From positions 1 through 33,245 of the forward strand of contig CAJWCD010000019.1 in NCBI GenBank assembly GCA_913020725.1: 33,245 nucleotides of DNA, written 5' to 3'. Below the pieces are notes generated by a model, which worked only from the letters and a program-made list of their open reading frames with translations, did no database searches and was not told the DNA's origin. Below are positions 1 through 8,674 of the stretch, one piece after another. Origin of the DNA: an uncultured Pseudomonadota bacterium (lineage in GTDB: Bacteria; SAR324; NAC60-12). The first letter of the stretch is position 1; every line of letters starts with the position of its first letter. The position numbers were made by a program, and so were the translations under genes.

Positions 1-51
1 TCCCTTGGTCGGGTTGGGTCTTCTCTTGTCCCTGACTCCCCTACAAACCTC

Positions 52-79
52 TTGACACTCCCTAAACCAGAGTTATTGT
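52..79 (+). promoter_or_regulatory. Putative sigma70 promoter of the beta-propeller gene
   Basis: TTGACA (52-57), 16-bp spacer, TATTGT (74-79), about 30 bp upstream of ATG 112. Confidence 0.5.
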
Positions 80-111
80 GATTGGATTAGAAATCTCAAC
101 AGTTCACTCCT

Positions 112-1425
112 ATGAGATTTTCCTTCCTACTCCTCCCTCTCCTTTTTCTTGGTCTGATAATTCTGTCCTGTAATTCACCCGATGGTGGAAGTAAGTCTAC
201 CTCTTCTGATAATTCAACCACTTCGTGGACCAAACAGTTGGGAACCTCTTCAAATGACTATGGTCAGGGAGTGACGGTGGACTCTTCAAACAACATCTAT
301 GTGACGGGAAGAACCTATGGAGGACTCGACGGGAACACCAATTCGGGGGGTGAGGACCTCTTTCTGGTGAAGTATTACGACAATGGAACCAAACAGTGGA
401 CCCAACAGTTGGGAACCTCTTCAGATGACGAAGGGTGGGGAGTAACGGTGGACTCATCAGACAACATCTATGTGACGGGAAGAACCAATGGAGGACTGGA
501 CGGGAACACCAACTCGGGGAGTTATGACATTTTTCTGGTGAAGTACAACTCGAGTGGAACCAAACAGTGGACAAAACAGTTGGGAACATCTTCAGGTGAC
601 TATGGGAGAGGAGTGACGGTGGACTCCTCAAACAACATCTATGTAACGGGATACACCCAAGGAGGACTCGACGGGAACACCAGTTCGGGGAGTAGGGACA
701 TCTTTTTGGTGAAGTATTACGACAATGGGACCAAACAGTGGACCAAACAGTTGGGAACCTCTTCAGATGACTATGGTTATGGAGTGACAGTGGACTCCTC
801 GGACAACCTCTACGTGACGGGATACACCTCTGGAGGACTCGACGGGAACACCAGTTCGGGGGATAAAGACCTCTTCCTTGTCAAGTACAATTCTAGTGGG
901 ACCAAACAGTGGACCAAACAGTTGGGAACCTCTTCAACTGACAGAGGGTTTGGAGTAACGGTGGACTCCTCAAACAACATCTATGTAACGGGATACACCC
1001 AAGGAGGACTCGACGGGAACACCAACTCGGGGAGTTATGACATTTTTCTGGTGAAGTACAACTCAAGTGGGACGAAACAGTGGACCAAACAGTTGGGGAC
1101 CTCTTCATCTGAGGGGGGGGTTGGAGTGACAGTGGACTCTTCAGACAACATCTATGTGACGGGATACACCAATGGAGGACTGGACGGGAACACCAGTTCG
1201 GGGGGTTATGACCTCATTCTTGTGAAATACAACTCAAGTGGGACGAAACAGTGGACCCAACAGTTAGGAACCTCTTCAAATGAATGGGGTGAGGGAGTGA
1301 CGGTGGACTCATCGGACAACCTCTCTGTGACGGGATACACCTCTGGGGGACTGGACGGGAACACCAGTTCGGGGGGTAATGACATCTTTTTGGTGAAGTA
1401 CAACTCGAGTGGGATCAAGCAGTGA
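112..1425 (+). CDS. SBBP-type beta-propeller repeat lipoprotein (7 x 57-aa repeats), alanine-free
   Basis: Hydrophobic signal peptide ending in lipobox-like ILS-C; seven repeats WTKQLGTSSxDxGxGVTVDSSxNIYVTGxTxGGLDGNTxSGxxDIFLVKYxxxGTKQ. Confidence 0.9.
   Translation: MRFSFLLLPLLFLGLIILSCNSPDGGSKSTSSDNSTTSWTKQLGTSSNDYGQGVTVDSSNNIYVTGRTYGGLDGNTNSGGEDLFLVKYYDNGTKQWTQQLGTSSDDEGWGVTVDSSDNIYVTGRTNGGLDGNTNSGSYDIFLVKYNSSGTKQWTKQLGTSSGDYGRGVTVDSSNNIYVTGYTQGGLDGNTSSGSRDIFLVKYYDNGTKQWTKQLGTSSDDYGYGVTVDSSDNLYVTGYTSGGLDGNTSSGDKDLFLVKYNSSGTKQWTKQLGTSSTDRGFGVTVDSSNNIYVTGYTQGGLDGNTNSGSYDIFLVKYNSSGTKQWTKQLGTSSSEGGVGVTVDSSDNIYVTGYTNGGLDGNTSSGGYDLILVKYNSSGTKQWTQQLGTSSNEWGEGVTVDSSDNLSVTGYTSGGLDGNTSSGGNDIFLVKYNSSGIKQ
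226..1422 (+). repeat. Intragenic tandem repeat, 7 x 171 bp
   Basis: Units start at 226, 397, 568, 739, 910, 1081 and 1252; the TGA stop (1423-1425) lies exactly where the TGG of an eighth unit would begin. Confidence 0.95.
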
Positions 1426-1514
1426 GGGGGGTTCGGACACCGGACAGGGGCGTTCTGACCATTGGGCGAGGGTCCAGTAGCTGCTATCGGCTCAACTCGG
1501 CACCGCAAGCGTGA

Positions 1515-1691
1515 GGCGACAATGTGACGGTCGGAAGCACGGTGTTCAACCGCACGTGGGTCTTCGACTTCGGACAGGAGCCGGACAGCTACAGCGTCCA
1601 CGAAATCCGGGTCAAGGCCAGCCCGACGTTGACGGACCAGCAGGGCAACACGCTCGTGGAGGATTTCGTCACGCGGATTTATGTCTATTGA
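1515..1691 (+). pseudogene. C-terminal remnant of a bacterial Ig-like (Big_5/SbsA-type) domain gene
   Basis: Frame absent from the ORF track reads GDNVTVGSTVFNRTWVFDFGQEPDSYSVHEIRVKASPTLTDQQGNTLVEDFVTRIYVY*, with the DxxGNxL motif and host-like GC3-rich codons; preceded by an in-frame TGA (1512-1514). Confidence 0.55.
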
Positions 1692-1707
1692 CCGGAGGGC
1701 AGATCAG

Positions 1708-1733
1708 AGCGCGGGTGCACCGACCCGCGCTAC
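1708..1733 (-). repeat. GTAG-family REP-like palindrome
   Basis: Minus strand GTAGCGCGGGT-CGGTGC-ACCCGCGCT: GTAG tetranucleotide at the foot of a perfect 9-bp stem. Confidence 0.55.
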
Positions 1734-1822
1734 CGTGCTTGTGGATGTTTGGCAGAAGCATGAGGGCGTGAGTCTGGGGATGTTGAGGTCTTGCTTGTGA
1801 GTTGCGCCAGAGCCCTGTCGTT

Positions 1823-1955
1823 TTATAGTAAAATCCATTAAAAATCGAACACTATGACTTAGCGGTGACATCTAATAAATATTATTGAATATCAATGAAT
1901 TGGCTGTTTGTATCCCAGTCTAAATGTGTCCTAGAACCAGCAGCTTTTACTATAA
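1823..1955. mobile_element. Possible MITE (Correia/IS630-like TATAG termini)
   Basis: AT-rich non-coding block of about 130 bp bounded by a perfect 11-bp inverted repeat TTATAGTAAAA (1823-1833) / TTTTACTATAA (1945-1955). Confidence 0.4.
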
Positions 1956-1981
1956 CGGTACGCCATCACTAACGATTTGTT

Positions 1982-2527
1982 TCAATTCTGTTTGCCCGTG
2001 ATCATGCCCATAAGCGCTGAACCTGCGAGCTTGAGTCCGTCCACTGGAGCCGCCTCTGCTCCTGCTCCGGTTTCACCAGTTTCTACCATTTCGGTGAAGT
2101 TCTGGGTGAACTGGCCAAAGAGCTTATTGTTGACGGCGACAATCATGCGGGCGCCGAACTGAGCGAGCTTCCCGGTGATTGAGAGCTTCATGCTGCTTTT
2201 GACGAGGGTGCCGCCCTCCAGCTCGCTGAGGACAAAGCTCATAGTCATTGTCGCACTGCCCTTACCTCCGGTGTCGGTTCCGGCTCCACTGAGGGTCATT
2301 TCCCGGGTGTCTGCATCCAGCTTGTCGAACTTCGCCTCGCCGTTGAACTTGCTCGTCACCGGGCCGATCTTGACGATGATCTTGCCCTTGAAATTCATCT
2401 CGTCCACGACCTCAGTGAGTTGCGCCCCCGGAACACACACCACCACTTTGGCGGGATCGGAGAGCAATGCCCACACGGACTCAACGTCGGACTTGACCTG
2501 AAATTCCTTGTCTGCTGTGACTTCCAT
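1982..2527 (-). CDS. coxG: CoxG / SRPBCC family protein (CO dehydrogenase accessory subunit G-like)
   Basis: VWALLSDP..VVVCVPGAQL, VKIGPV..KF.G, GKLAQFGARMI motifs; GGAGG RBS upstream. Confidence 0.85.
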   Translation of the reverse strand: MEVTADKEFQVKSDVESVWALLSDPAKVVVCVPGAQLTEVVDEMNFKGKIIVKIGPVTSKFNGEAKFDKLDADTREMTLSGAGTDTGGKGSATMTMSFVLSELEGGTLVKSSMKLSITGKLAQFGARMIVAVNNKLFGQFTQNFTEMVETGETGAGAEAAPVDGLKLAGSALMGMITGKQN

Positions 2528-2652
2528 GCTTATCGCCTCCCTTGCACTTATTGTTGAGAGTTATCATTCCTGCTAATCCTACCACAAGCCGACCTCACTG
2601 TCTTTCCGAATACTTCCAGAAACTTGTGGCATCCTGAGTGGAGGTCACAGTG

Positions 2653-4095
2653 TCAGAATCCACTTTCGGCAAAACGCAGGGCCTGTTGCACCACGGATTC
2701 GTCAAACACCCAAGCGTCTGGTTCGTAGCCCACTTGCGCGATGTTCTGGCCTTCCTGATTCAGATGCATCCGGTGGTTCACGGAGAGAAAAATGCCGGAG
2801 TTTGGCAACTGGTAGAGCGGAACCAGCACACGCCGGGGGTAGTGTCCGGTTGGGGTTCCAAACAAAAAGGCATTCGGCTGCTGCTTCGCCAGCGCCGCGA
2901 GAAACTGGCAGCCGTCGCCGCAGTGGGTGTTGGCGATCACCACCAACCTCCGGGACCAAGCTGGAGCCTCGCGCTTGCCGTTGAAAATAAACTTCGTCTC
3001 CACCCACTTCTCCGGCAGGTCGTTCTCCTCAAAACGCCTGAGCAGCGCGGCCAGTTGTTGTTGCTTTTGCGCGAGGGCGTTCCTCATCGTTGGAGTGCGG
3101 TTTTTTTCAAGGCGCAACCCCCATTCCACCCGGTTGAGCAACCCGGTGAGGGTTTGCCGAGAATGACGTTCGCGCACCACCACGTTCTCCCAGCCACTAC
3201 TCGTCAGCTCCCGCAGCCAGCGTTCGATGAACCCGAAGCTCCCGGAGTGGTTGCCCCGCACGTCCAGCACCAGCACGTCGCTACGCTGTAGCCGCCTCGC
3301 CACGCGTAGGAATTCCGCGTAGCTGCGCTCACCCCGGTCGCCATCACGGAACCAGCGGACGTAAGGGACACGTCCGCCTTCGTAGCGGAAAATTGGCGAC
3401 TTGGGTGCGTTGCGCGGCTGCGAGGGCAGGGTCAGTTTGAAGGTGTGTTCCGAAACCCGCCCCGTGTCGTCCTCCAGCGTACAGCGCAACGGTTCCGGAC
3501 GCTGGGCGGTGAGCAGGCCCAACTCAAAGCGTTGCTCGCCGCTACGCTCCGCAGGAATCTTGAAAATCCGTGCCTGCTTGAAATCGCATTGCTGGAGCCA
3601 TTGGTTGGCCACCCCCAGACGCTTCTGGAGTGGCAGAGTCCGGAAGCGTCCGGATTGCTTCACCAGTTGCAGCTGAGTGGTGAATGGAGCCAGCGGTTCC
3701 ACCTGCCGATGGTAGTGGCGGCGCTGGAGAAAGAGGTCGGTACTCACCAGTGGATCCCGCGTGAACGCCAGTGCTGCAACCAGTCGTTCCTGAAAGTGAT
3801 GCGTCAGCACCGGATTCGGTTCGGCCACTAGCCGTGCCCCCAAGTCACGGAAAACCGCCTCCCAGTTGGTTCCGGAACGCTCCAACTGTTCGTAGCGCCC
3901 GTAGTTCTCCTGCATCACCTGCAAAGCCACCCGCAAATCCGCGAGGATTTCTGGATCGCTGAGAAACGCTGGAGGATTGCCCTCAAACACGGATTTTCCC
4001 AAACGGCCTTGTGCGAAAAGCAGAGCGGGGACGAGTAGGAACAGAGCCACCAATAAGCCCTGCAAACGGCCCAAGCATGATTTCATTTTTAGCAT
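2653..4095 (-). CDS. S41 (tail-specific protease) family protein with signal peptide, catalytic residues apparently degenerate
   Basis: VLDVRGNHSG motif, LVVIAN..CGDGCQFL, FGTPTG and GYEPD motifs; start moved to ATG 4095 (or 4086), overlapping the rsmA stop. Confidence 0.7.
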   Translation of the reverse strand: MLKMKSCLGRLQGLLVALFLLVPALLFAQGRLGKSVFEGNPPAFLSDPEILADLRVALQVMQENYGRYEQLERSGTNWEAVFRDLGARLVAEPNPVLTHHFQERLVAALAFTRDPLVSTDLFLQRRHYHRQVEPLAPFTTQLQLVKQSGRFRTLPLQKRLGVANQWLQQCDFKQARIFKIPAERSGEQRFELGLLTAQRPEPLRCTLEDDTGRVSEHTFKLTLPSQPRNAPKSPIFRYEGGRVPYVRWFRDGDRGERSYAEFLRVARRLQRSDVLVLDVRGNHSGSFGFIERWLRELTSSGWENVVVRERHSRQTLTGLLNRVEWGLRLEKNRTPTMRNALAQKQQQLAALLRRFEENDLPEKWVETKFIFNGKREAPAWSRRLVVIANTHCGDGCQFLAALAKQQPNAFLFGTPTGHYPRRVLVPLYQLPNSGIFLSVNHRMHLNQEGQNIAQVGYEPDAWVFDESVVQQALRFAESGF

Positions 4096-4907
4096 TCCGT
4101 TTCTGGAGAAGTTGTCGATTCCATGTCCTTGCAAAACCACGCGAACAGCGTACGCCACTCTGCGTAAGTCAAGTCCTCCGGGCGTCGCATTTGCACTTGC
4201 GCCCGCAAGGCCTCTCCCGCTTGCTGCACCCATGCGGGGCAACAGCGCCGCAGATTGCGGAACAACGTTTTGCGGCGCTGCTGGAAGAGGCAGCGAATCC
4301 AGTTGAGCAAGTGTTGTTCCTCTTCATGGGACAAACCGGACTCGACCGGAACCAGATGCACCACGCCGGATTCCACCTTCGGAGGGGGGTGGAAGGCTTC
4401 CGGAGGCACCTTGAAGGCGAGCGTACGCTCGAACCCCAACTCGGCGGCCAAGGCCAACACGCCATACGCCTTGCCGTCGTTTGGCCCCGCGCAAAGCCGC
4501 TCGGCCACTTCCCACTGCACCATCAACGTGAGTGATTGCCAACGGCGGCGCTCTGCCAGCATCCGGAAGAAGAGCGGTGTGGAAATGTTGTAGGGCAGGT
4601 TTGCGACCACCTTCCACGGCCCGGCATCCCACTCGTCCAGCACCTCTAACGAAAGTGCCAGCACATCACCTTCGATGAGCTGGAAATCAACATCCCCGCG
4701 AAAGCGTTCCCGCAAAGCTGCCGCCAGTTTCGGATCAATCTCCACCGCCAGCACACGAGCACCCTGCTTCCGCAGGGCCGCAGTCAGGATTCCCGCTCCC
4801 GGACCAATCTCCCAAACTAGAGTTCCCGGCTCCACTCCTGCGGTTTCCAGAATACGTTCTGCCACCGCAGGGTGTCTCAAAAAATGCTGTCCCCACTTGC
4901 GAGCCAT
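4089..4907 (-). CDS. rsmA: 16S rRNA adenine dimethyltransferase RsmA/KsgA
   Basis: GQHFL, EIGPGAG, VEID, VANLPYNIS, FHPPPKVES motifs. Confidence 0.95.
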   Translation of the reverse strand: MARKWGQHFLRHPAVAERILETAGVEPGTLVWEIGPGAGILTAALRKQGARVLAVEIDPKLAAALRERFRGDVDFQLIEGDVLALSLEVLDEWDAGPWKVVANLPYNISTPLFFRMLAERRRWQSLTLMVQWEVAERLCAGPNDGKAYGVLALAAELGFERTLAFKVPPEAFHPPPKVESGVVHLVPVESGLSHEEEQHLLNWIRCLFQQRRKTLFRNLRRCCPAWVQQAGEALRAQVQMRRPEDLTYAEWRTLFAWFCKDMESTTSPETEC

Positions 4908-4926
4908 CAGCGTCCTCAGAATTGGA

Positions 4927-4955
4927 TTGCGTCGTTACTAGCACTCGACTAGAAT
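4927..4955 (+). promoter_or_regulatory. Putative sigma70 promoter for lon
   Basis: TTGCGT (4927-4932), 17-bp spacer, TAGAAT (4950-4955). Confidence 0.55.
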
Positions 4956-4964
4956 GAGTGCTAA
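4938..4964. promoter_or_regulatory. CIRCE element (HrcA operator)
   Basis: CTAGCACTC-N9-GAGTGCTAA, one mismatch from consensus TTAGCACTC-N9-GAGTGCTAA; between divergent rsmA and lon. Confidence 0.9.
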
Positions 4965-5089
4965 GTTTTCGACCTGAAAAATAGACCGACTTGCACGGTC
5001 TTACTGTAACGCATAACCTAGACGGAATAAACCACCCCGCCGCAAGCGTTGGGGGATGATGCTTCCGCCACCCGCTTGCCTGACCCTGC

Positions 5090-7612
5090 ATGGCCGACGA
5101 CTCTCCTGAACTGATCATCACCCCGGAGGAATCCGAACTCGACGAAATAATTGAACTGCCCGAGCCGACTCCGGAAGACAAGCCCATTGTCATCGCCAGC
5201 GAGGTCTTCCCGGAATTGCTGTTGGTCGCGCCAATGTTTGACCGCCCGCTGTTTCCCAAGATGATGGTGCCTGTGATGATCACGGACGATGACTTGGAGC
5301 AGGAGTTGCTGAAGGGCTTCAAATCCAAGCTCAAATACATCGGGCTCGTCTTTTCCAAGCCAACGAACAACAACAAAAAAAAAAGAAGCAAGGAGCGACT
5401 CGCCAAGGTCGGTACCCTTGCCAAAATCGTACAGGCATCGCACCCACAAGGGGATGCTCCGCTGCACATCATCGTCCAAGTTGAGGAACGTTTCGACGTG
5501 GTGGAGGTCACGCAAGAAGAACCCGTCTTGCGCGCTCGTGTGCGCTACTGGTACGAAGCGGAACCTACCGTCAATGACGAGATCAAGGCGTATTCGATTT
5601 CGATCATCAACATCATCAAGGAATTGGTGCAGCTCAATCCACTCTTCAAGGAGGAACTGGGATTGCTTGCGGGGCACATCAACCTCAAGGAGCCGGGGAC
5701 GCTTTCCGACTTCGCGGCCTCGATGACCACTGCCTCCGGAACCGAGCTCCAAAAAGTGCTGGAAACTCGTCCGGTGAAGAAACGCTTAGAGCGCACCCTC
5801 ACGCTACTGCACAAGGAACTCGAACTCGCCCAGCTACAGTCGCAGATCAACCAGCGCATCGAGGATCGGATGACGCAGCAGCAGCGCGAGTTTTTCCTGC
5901 GCGAACAGCTTAAAGAGATCAAAAAAGAACTTGGAATTTCCAAGGAAGGCCGGGAGACGGAGGTCGAAAAATATGAAGCACGGCTCAAGAAGCTCAAACT
6001 CTCAGATGAAGCCAAGGAACGCATTGCAGAGGAATTGGACAAGCTCAAGGTGATGGAACCAGCCTCTCCAGAATACAACGTCTCCCGCACCTACCTCGAC
6101 TGGCTCACGATCCTGCCGTGGGGTGTTTACAGCAAGGATTATTACGACATCAAGCGCGCCAAACGTATCCTCGAACGCGAGCATTACGGGTTGCAGGATG
6201 TCAAGGATCGCATCCTCGAACTGATCTCCGTGGGCATCATCCACGGCAATCTCTCGGGTTCGATCCTGCTGCTCGTCGGTCCTCCGGGAGTGGGCAAGAC
6301 CTCGGTCGGCCAGAGCATCGCGAAGGCGCTGGGCCGCAAGTTCTACCGCTTCAGCCTTGGCGGGATGCGCGACGAGGCCGAGATCAAAGGGCACCGCCGC
6401 ACCTACATCGGCGCACTGCCGGGCAGATTCCTCAACGCCCTCAAAACGACGAAAACCGCGAACCCTGTGATCATGCTCGACGAGGTGGACAAAATCGGTG
6501 CGAGTTTCCACGGCGACCCCGCCTCCGCATTGCTTGAAGTCCTCGATCCAGAGCAGAACAAGGATTTCCTCGATCACTATCTCGACATCCGCTTTGACCT
6601 TTCCAAGGTGCTCTTCATTTGCACTGCGAACCAACTCGACACGATTCCGGCACCGCTGCTGGACCGCATGGAGACCATCCGGCTTTCCGGTTACATTCTG
6701 GAGGAAAAGCTCGAAATCGCACGTCGGCACCTGATTCCCAAGCAATTCAAGGCGCACGGCATCAGCCGCAAACAGGTCTTGATCCGCAAGCCCGTGTTGC
6801 ATGAGATCATTGACGGCTACGCCCGTGAGGCTGGAGTGCGCGGGCTGGAGAATCAGCTCAAGAAAATACTCCGCAAGTCCGCCCGCAAGATCGTGGAGCA
6901 TGATAACGAAACCGTCCAGATTGCCACGACCGATCTTCCGGAATTGCTCGGTCGGCGCACTTTTGAGGAAGACGCCCGCTACAAAAAACCCCGCGTTGGC
7001 GTCGTCACCGGACTCGCCTACACCAGCCTCGGCGGCGCGACCTTGCACATCGAAGCCAGTCATGTCACCGCCAAGAACGAGGGCTACAAGCAGACCGGAC
7101 AGTTGGGCAAGGTGATGGTCGAATCCTCCGAAATCGCCTATACCTATGTCCGCTCCCTGCTGGAAAGCGAGGACACCAAGCGCAAGTTCTTCAGTGGACA
7201 CCGCATTCACCTGCACGTTCCAGCGGGTGCAACCCCCAAGGACGGTCCCTCAGCAGGAATCACGATGGCTTGCGCCCTCTACTCGTTGGCGACAGGAGAG
7301 GCGATTGCCCCTGATTTGGCGATGACCGGGGAACTGACCTTGACGGGTATGGTGATGCCGATTGGCGGAGTGAAGGAGAAAACCATCGCAGCACGACGGG
7401 CTGAGGTGCGCGAATTGATTTTCCCGGAAGAAAACCGCAAGGATTTCGAGGAACTGGACGAGAGCATTCGCGCAGGCATGACCCCGCACTTTGTGAAAAA
7501 CTTTGACGAAGTGTTGAGCATCGGGTTTCCCCAAACCCCGGCTCCTGCCCCCAAGCACAAGGCCACGAAGCTCAAGCCGGTGTCCCGCAAGTCCTCCGAA
7601 AAACGCACTTAG
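5090..7612 (+). CDS. lon: ATP-dependent protease La (Lon)
   Basis: Lon N-domain, Walker [28 protein letters not shown], catalytic PKDGPSAG and IGGVKEK. Confidence 0.97.
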   Translation: MADDSPELIITPEESELDEIIELPEPTPEDKPIVIASEVFPELLLVAPMFDRPLFPKMMVPVMITDDDLEQELLKGFKSKLKYIGLVFSKPTNNNKKKRSKERLAKVGTLAKIVQASHPQGDAPLHIIVQVEERFDVVEVTQEEPVLRARVRYWYEAEPTVNDEIKAYSISIINIIKELVQLNPLFKEELGLLAGHINLKEPGTLSDFAASMTTASGTELQKVLETRPVKKRLERTLTLLHKELELAQLQSQINQRIEDRMTQQQREFFLREQLKEIKKELGISKEGRETEVEKYEARLKKLKLSDEAKERIAEELDKLKVMEPASPEYNVSRTYLDWLTILPWGVYSKDYYDIKRAKRILEREHYGLQDVKDRILELISVGIIHGNLSGSILLLVGPPGVGKTSVGQSIAKALGRKFYRFSLGGMRDEAEIKGHRRTYIGALPGRFLNALKTTKTANPVIMLDEVDKIGASFHGDPASALLEVLDPEQNKDFLDHYLDIRFDLSKVLFICTANQLDTIPAPLLDRMETIRLSGYILEEKLEIARRHLIPKQFKAHGISRKQVLIRKPVLHEIIDGYAREAGVRGLENQLKKILRKSARKIVEHDNETVQIATTDLPELLGRRTFEEDARYKKPRVGVVTGLAYTSLGGATLHIEASHVTAKNEGYKQTGQLGKVMVESSEIAYTYVRSLLESEDTKRKFFSGHRIHLHVPAGATPKDGPSAGITMACALYSLATGEAIAPDLAMTGELTLTGMVMPIGGVKEKTIAARRAEVRELIFPEENRKDFEELDESIRAGMTPHFVKNFDEVLSIGFPQTPAPAPKHKATKLKPVSRKSSEKRT

Positions 7613-7617
7613 GCGTT

Positions 7618-8661
7618 CTAAGCAAGTTTTCCGCGTTTCGCAGCAATAGCTTCAGCGATCATGCTGATGGCCATTTCTGCCGGAGTTGAGGCGCCGATGT
7701 CGAGTCCGGCTGGCCCCTTGATGCGAGAGATGCTAGCCTCGTCAATTCCAGCCTCCCGCAGTCGGTCGCAACGTTTTGCATGGGTTCTCCGCGAACCGAG
7801 TGCCCCGATGTAGCGCACCGGACTTTTCAGCAACAGGTGCAGCGCAGGGTCGTCAATCTTGGGATCGTGCGTGAGCAGAATCGCGTAGGTGTCCTTGTTG
7901 AGAGAACGTCCGGCCAGTGCCTCTTGCGGCCATTTCGGAATGAGGTGATCCGGAGCGACAGGAAAGCGCTCGGTGGTTGCAAACACCTTGCGGGGGTCGA
8001 CCACCACCGTCTCGAAATCAAGGGTCGCCGCGTACTGCACCAACGGGATCGTGATGTGACCTGCGCCGATGACCAGCAGTTGATCACGCCGGGGAAACAC
8101 CTGCACAAACACCTCGCTTCCGGCAAGCTCCAGCACGCTAGGTTCGCGTTCGTCATACGCCTCCTGCGCCAGTCGTTCGGCCTCTGCCTGTGCCGTTCCC
8201 CAATCCCCAACCGTTGAGCTTTCCGGGCGCACCAGCAGATGCCTCGATCCCTCCCCGGACATGCGGGTGAGCAAAACGGCGGGTTCGTTGTCGCGCAAAC
8301 TTTGCCGCAACGCCCCCCAAACCGCTTGTGTTCCGGAATCCTCAGCGAAGGCCCAGTGCGGCTCCACGAACACCGAAACCTGCCCGCCACAGGAAAGCCC
8401 CACCGAAAGCGCCAGTTCGTCCTCCACCCCGTAGGTGAGCTTGCGGGGCGTTCCGGATTGCAACACCTCCAGCGCCTCCTCGATCACCGCGCCTTCGATG
8501 CAGCCCCCGCTCACCGAGCCGGAGACGCGCATCGTCTCGTCCACCAGCATCCCCGCCCCCGCGCTGCGTGGAGCCGAACGCCACGTCTGCACCACCCGTG
8601 CAACCGCAAACGGCTTTCCGGCATCGGTCCACTCAATCAAATCCTGCCAAATGTCTCGCAT
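7618..8661 (-). CDS. XdhC/CoxI family molybdoenzyme maturation protein
   Basis: SAPR..GA.M, GSVSGGCIEG, GLSCGG, THDPKIDD, YIGALGSRRT, GLDIGASTPAE motifs. Confidence 0.92.
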   Translation of the reverse strand: MRDIWQDLIEWTDAGKPFAVARVVQTWRSAPRSAGAGMLVDETMRVSGSVSGGCIEGAVIEEALEVLQSGTPRKLTYGVEDELALSVGLSCGGQVSVFVEPHWAFAEDSGTQAVWGALRQSLRDNEPAVLLTRMSGEGSRHLLVRPESSTVGDWGTAQAEAERLAQEAYDEREPSVLELAGSEVFVQVFPRRDQLLVIGAGHITIPLVQYAATLDFETVVVDPRKVFATTERFPVAPDHLIPKWPQEALAGRSLNKDTYAILLTHDPKIDDPALHLLLKSPVRYIGALGSRRTHAKRCDRLREAGIDEASISRIKGPAGLDIGASTPAEMAISMIAEAIAAKRGKLA

Positions 8662-8674
8662 GAGAATTTCTCTG

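Noticed and set aside
226..1422. Tandem repeats as a CRISPR array or DGR template/variable repeat
   Set aside because: Units are 171-bp in-frame coding repeats without unique spacers, differences are not confined to adenines, and no cas or reverse transcriptase gene is in the window.
1511..1771. 86-aa ORF from the track
   Set aside because: No recognisable features; the overlapping frame 1515-1691 has better codon bias and a domain-like motif.
4096..4242. N-terminal extension of the S41 ORF
   Set aside because: Overlaps rsmA in another frame; the signal peptide begins at 4095/4086.
5031..5058. Hairpin CCCCGCCGCAAGCGTTGGGG in the lon leader as an IS200/605 end or RNA thermometer
   Set aside because: Imperfect stem, single copy and not clearly covering the RBS; insufficient support.
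5375..5384. A10 run in lon as a phase-variation or frameshift site
   Set aside because: The frame is intact and the run encodes a Lys-rich loop; no evidence of length variation from one sequence.
6002..7216. Long antisense ORFs (also 9403-10146, 17584-18588, 23153-24214, 28034-28969, 29818-30915)
   Set aside because: Shadows of well-supported genes on the opposite strand, expected in GC-rich coding DNA.
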